From Candidatus Omnitrophota bacterium (GTDB lineage Bacteria > Omnitrophota > Gorgyraeia > Aquiviventales > Aquiviventaceae), in the NCBI GenBank assembly GCA_020057015.1, contig JAGVGS010000107.1:1-43471 (forward strand): DNA of 43,471 nt. Reading direction: 5' to 3'. Positions within the stretch are counted from its first letter, which is position 1, and each line of letters begins with the position of its first letter. This document shows, in pieces, positions 41,296 through 43,471 of the stretch. Under the pieces are notes generated by a model, which made no database searches, was not told the origin of the DNA, and saw nothing but the letters and a program-made list of their open reading frames with translations. The translations under genes and the position numbers were made by a program.

Positions 41296-42788
41296 CCCCG
41301 ACGGCTCCGGGTGCGGCGGCGGCCCCTGCGGGCATGCGCTTTGACATCCGGGAAGTGGGCCGGGTGGCGTCGGTGCGTGAATTCATCGTGCGGGTGAAGG
41401 GCCTGCCCTCCTGCTTGAACGGCCAGATGGTGGAATTCGCGCGCGGCGGCAAAGGCATCGTGATGGGCTTTACAGAACAGGACGTGCTCGTGCTCATTCT
41501 CGGCAATGAGGCCAACATCCGCGCCGGCGACGAAGTCTACTCCCGCGGGCAAGCCTTCGCGACCCCGGTCGGCGAGGGGCTGCTGGGGCGGGTGGTCACG
41601 GCGCTGGGCGAGCCCTTTGATGACCAGGGCCCGGTGCTGGCCACCGACGTGAGGCCGACGTTCTATGAGGCCCCGGGGGTGATGGAGCGCGTGCCGGTGA
41701 AAGAGGGGCTGCAGACCGGGGTGCGGATTGTGGACGCTGCGTTTCCCATCGCCAAAGGCCAGCGGCAGCTCATTATCGGCGATCAGATGACCGGCAAGAC
41801 CACCATTACCACCGACACCATCCTCAACCAGCATGACAAGGGGGTCATTTGCATCTACTGCGCCATCGGCCAGAGCCAGTCGTCGTTTCTCAAGGTGCTC
41901 TCGCTGCTGCGCGAGCGCGGGGCGCTGGCCTACACGATCGTGGTGGCCGGCATCGCCTCGGCCCCGCTGGGCGAGCAGTACCTGGCCCCCTACGCCGCGG
42001 CGTCGATGGCCGAATACTTCGCCTCCAAGGGGCGCGACGTGTTCGTGGCCTTTGACGATCTCAGCAAGCACGCCTGGGCGTACCGGCAGCTCTCGCTGCT
42101 CATGGAGCGCGCCCCGGGCCGCGAGGCCTACCCGGGCGATATCTTCTATGTCCACTCGCAGCTCCTGGAGCGGGCCGGCAAGTTCATCAAGGAGCTGGGC
42201 GGGGGCACGATCACCTTCTTTCCGATTGTCGCCACCATTCAAGGTGACATCACGGGCTATGTGCAAACCAACATTATTTCGATTACCGATGGGCAGCTCT
42301 ACCTCAATACCGGCCTCTTTCAGAGGGGGTTCAAGCCGGCCATCGACTTCGGGCTCTCGGTCTCGCGTATCGGCAACAAGGCCCAGTGCGAGGCCATGCG
42401 CGAGCTCAGCGGCAAATTGCGCCTGGAATACCTGCGCTACCAGGAGCTGCTCTCGATGACCAGCATGAAGGCGGATCTCTCGGCCGAGGCCGAGGCGCGC
42501 TTGCGCCGCGGGGAAGTGATCAACCAGCTCATCACGCAGAACAAGGCGCGGCCCTCGCCGCTGAGCGAGCAGATCGTGTTCCACTACGCCATCCGCAAAG
42601 GGCTGCTCGACCCGCTCTCGCGCGAGGCCCGCCTGAAGTTCAAGGAGCGGGTCCATGCCTGGCTGCAGGAGCACTCCGCCGGGCTGCTGCAGCAGATTCA
42701 GGCGCAGCAATCGATGACGCCGCCGATCAAGGAAGGCCTGGATAAGGCCTTGGGGCTGTTCCTGCATGACGAAGGGCTGGTCGTGTGA
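41292..42788 (+). CDS. atpA: F-type ATPase alpha subunit
   Basis: ATG 41292 overlaps the b stop (ATGA). Motifs are P-loop GDQMTGKTT, CIYCAIGQ, FDDLSKHAWAYRQLSLLMERAPGREAYPGDIFYVHSQLLERA and ISITDGQLYL. Confidence 0.95.
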   Translation: MTPTAPGAAAAPAGMRFDIREVGRVASVREFIVRVKGLPSCLNGQMVEFARGGKGIVMGFTEQDVLVLILGNEANIRAGDEVYSRGQAFATPVGEGLLGRVVTALGEPFDDQGPVLATDVRPTFYEAPGVMERVPVKEGLQTGVRIVDAAFPIAKGQRQLIIGDQMTGKTTITTDTILNQHDKGVICIYCAIGQSQSSFLKVLSLLRERGALAYTIVVAGIASAPLGEQYLAPYAAASMAEYFASKGRDVFVAFDDLSKHAWAYRQLSLLMERAPGREAYPGDIFYVHSQLLERAGKFIKELGGGTITFFPIVATIQGDITGYVQTNIISITDGQLYLNTGLFQRGFKPAIDFGLSVSRIGNKAQCEAMRELSGKLRLEYLRYQELLSMTSMKADLSAEAEARLRRGEVINQLITQNKARPSPLSEQIVFHYAIRKGLLDPLSREARLKFKERVHAWLQEHSAGLLQQIQAQQSMTPPIKEGLDKALGLFLHDEGLVV

Positions 42789-43471
42789 TGATCCCGCTGA
42801 TCACGCTGAAGAAGGACGTGCAGTTCAACGGCCAGTTCACGAAGATCGTGGACGCCATGAAGGGCATCGCCGCGGCCCGCTACCACCAGCTGGAGCGGCA
42901 GCTGAGTCTCTTCGAGCCGTTTGCCGAGGTGGCGGCGAGCTTGCTGGCCGGCATCGATGTCGGCCGTCTTAATCACCCGCTCGTGCGCCCCACGGTCGCG
43001 CGCACGGCGGTGGTGCTCGTGACGAGCGATGAAGGGTTCCTCGGGGGGCTTAACGCGCAGATCGTGGTGGCGGGCCTCGAGGAGGGCGGGCCGGAGGTCT
43101 GGGTGACCGCCATCGGCTCTCAGGCCCGCAACTACCTGCGCCACGAAGGCCGGTCCGTGACGTATTTTCCTGGGATTATCGACGCCACCCGCGCGCAGGC
43201 CGCCCTGACGGTGCGCGATCATCTGATGCAGCAGGTGCGCGAAGGCGTCTGCGGGAAGATCATCGTGGTCTATGCCCGAGCGCTCTCGTTTGCCGTGCAG
43301 CAAGTGCAGGTGGAGACGCTGGTGCCGTGCACCGCCTGGGTGTCCAAGCTAGTGCAGTCGACATCGGTGAACACCGAATGGGAATCCGAGCCCTCCGACG
43401 TGGTGGCCTACGTGGTGGGCCATTGGATGGCGCACCGCTTGGAGGAGATTTTTGCGCTCAGCCGCCTGGCC
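42788..43471 (+). CDS. atpG: F-type ATPase gamma subunit, 3' end cut by the window edge
   Basis: This ORF is not in the track. ATG 42788 overlaps the alpha stop (TGATG). The frame is open for 228 codons to the window end. The N-terminus MIPLITLKKDVQFNGQFTKIVDAMKGIAAARY and VVLVTSDEGFLGGLNAQIV fit the gamma pattern. Confidence 0.85.
   Translation, partial: MIPLITLKKDVQFNGQFTKIVDAMKGIAAARYHQLERQLSLFEPFAEVAASLLAGIDVGRLNHPLVRPTVARTAVVLVTSDEGFLGGLNAQIVVAGLEEGGPEVWVTAIGSQARNYLRHEGRSVTYFPGIIDATRAQAALTVRDHLMQQVREGVCGKIIVVYARALSFAVQQVQVETLVPCTAWVSKLVQSTSVNTEWESEPSDVVAYVVGHWMAHRLEEIFALSRLA

Noticed and set aside
40755-42767. Minus-strand ORF of 670 aa, plus 40585..41229 (-) and 42698..43303 (-).
   Set aside because: They are antisense to unmistakable atpF, atpA and atpG coding sequence, including the alpha P-loop and signature blocks. 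Their products are Arg/Gly/Leu-rich with no motifs.

Overview
High-GC (about 60-65% by eye) bacterial chromosomal segment. Every credible gene is on the + strand, and the long minus-strand ORFs in the track look like antisense artefacts. Contents in order: (1) A 5'-truncated C25/gingipain-like peptidase and an SGNH hydrolase. (2) A compact RiPP-like cluster: HPr-kinase-like P-loop protein, PqqD/RRE, radical SAM/SPASM maturase, an untracked 54-aa Cys-containing peptide ORF with a strong RBS, and an S24/S26-like peptidase fused to a PF14907-type nucleotidyltransferase. (3) An IS30-family element inserted inside one copy of a ~75-bp palindromic, terminator-like repeat that occurs three times in the window. 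(4) A lower-GC cassette of three prepilin-type pilin-like genes behind a GEMM-I-like leader. (5) A translationally coupled signalling operon: PAS histidine kinase, HD-GYP, two ExeA/MshM-like AAA ATPases, HAMP protein, second HD-GYP, coiled-coil membrane protein. (6) A REPtron, i.e. a RAYT/Y1 transposase flanked by near-identical palindromes. (7) A clear c-di-GMP-I (GEMM-I) riboswitch with an intrinsic terminator. It leads an operon encoding a catalytically degenerate Y1-transposase-like membrane protein, a small secreted protein, a 5738-aa giant protein made of 49 tandem ~93-108-aa beta-sandwich-like modules, and a tail-anchored protein. (8) An atypically organised F-type ATP synthase: a short solitary epsilon, then a repeat, a promoter-like site and a third GEMM-I-like leader, then c, b/delta-like, alpha and partial gamma. 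No rRNA, tRNA or CRISPR array was recognised by eye. RNA-element boundaries and promoters are approximate because no folding or covariance-model search could be run.
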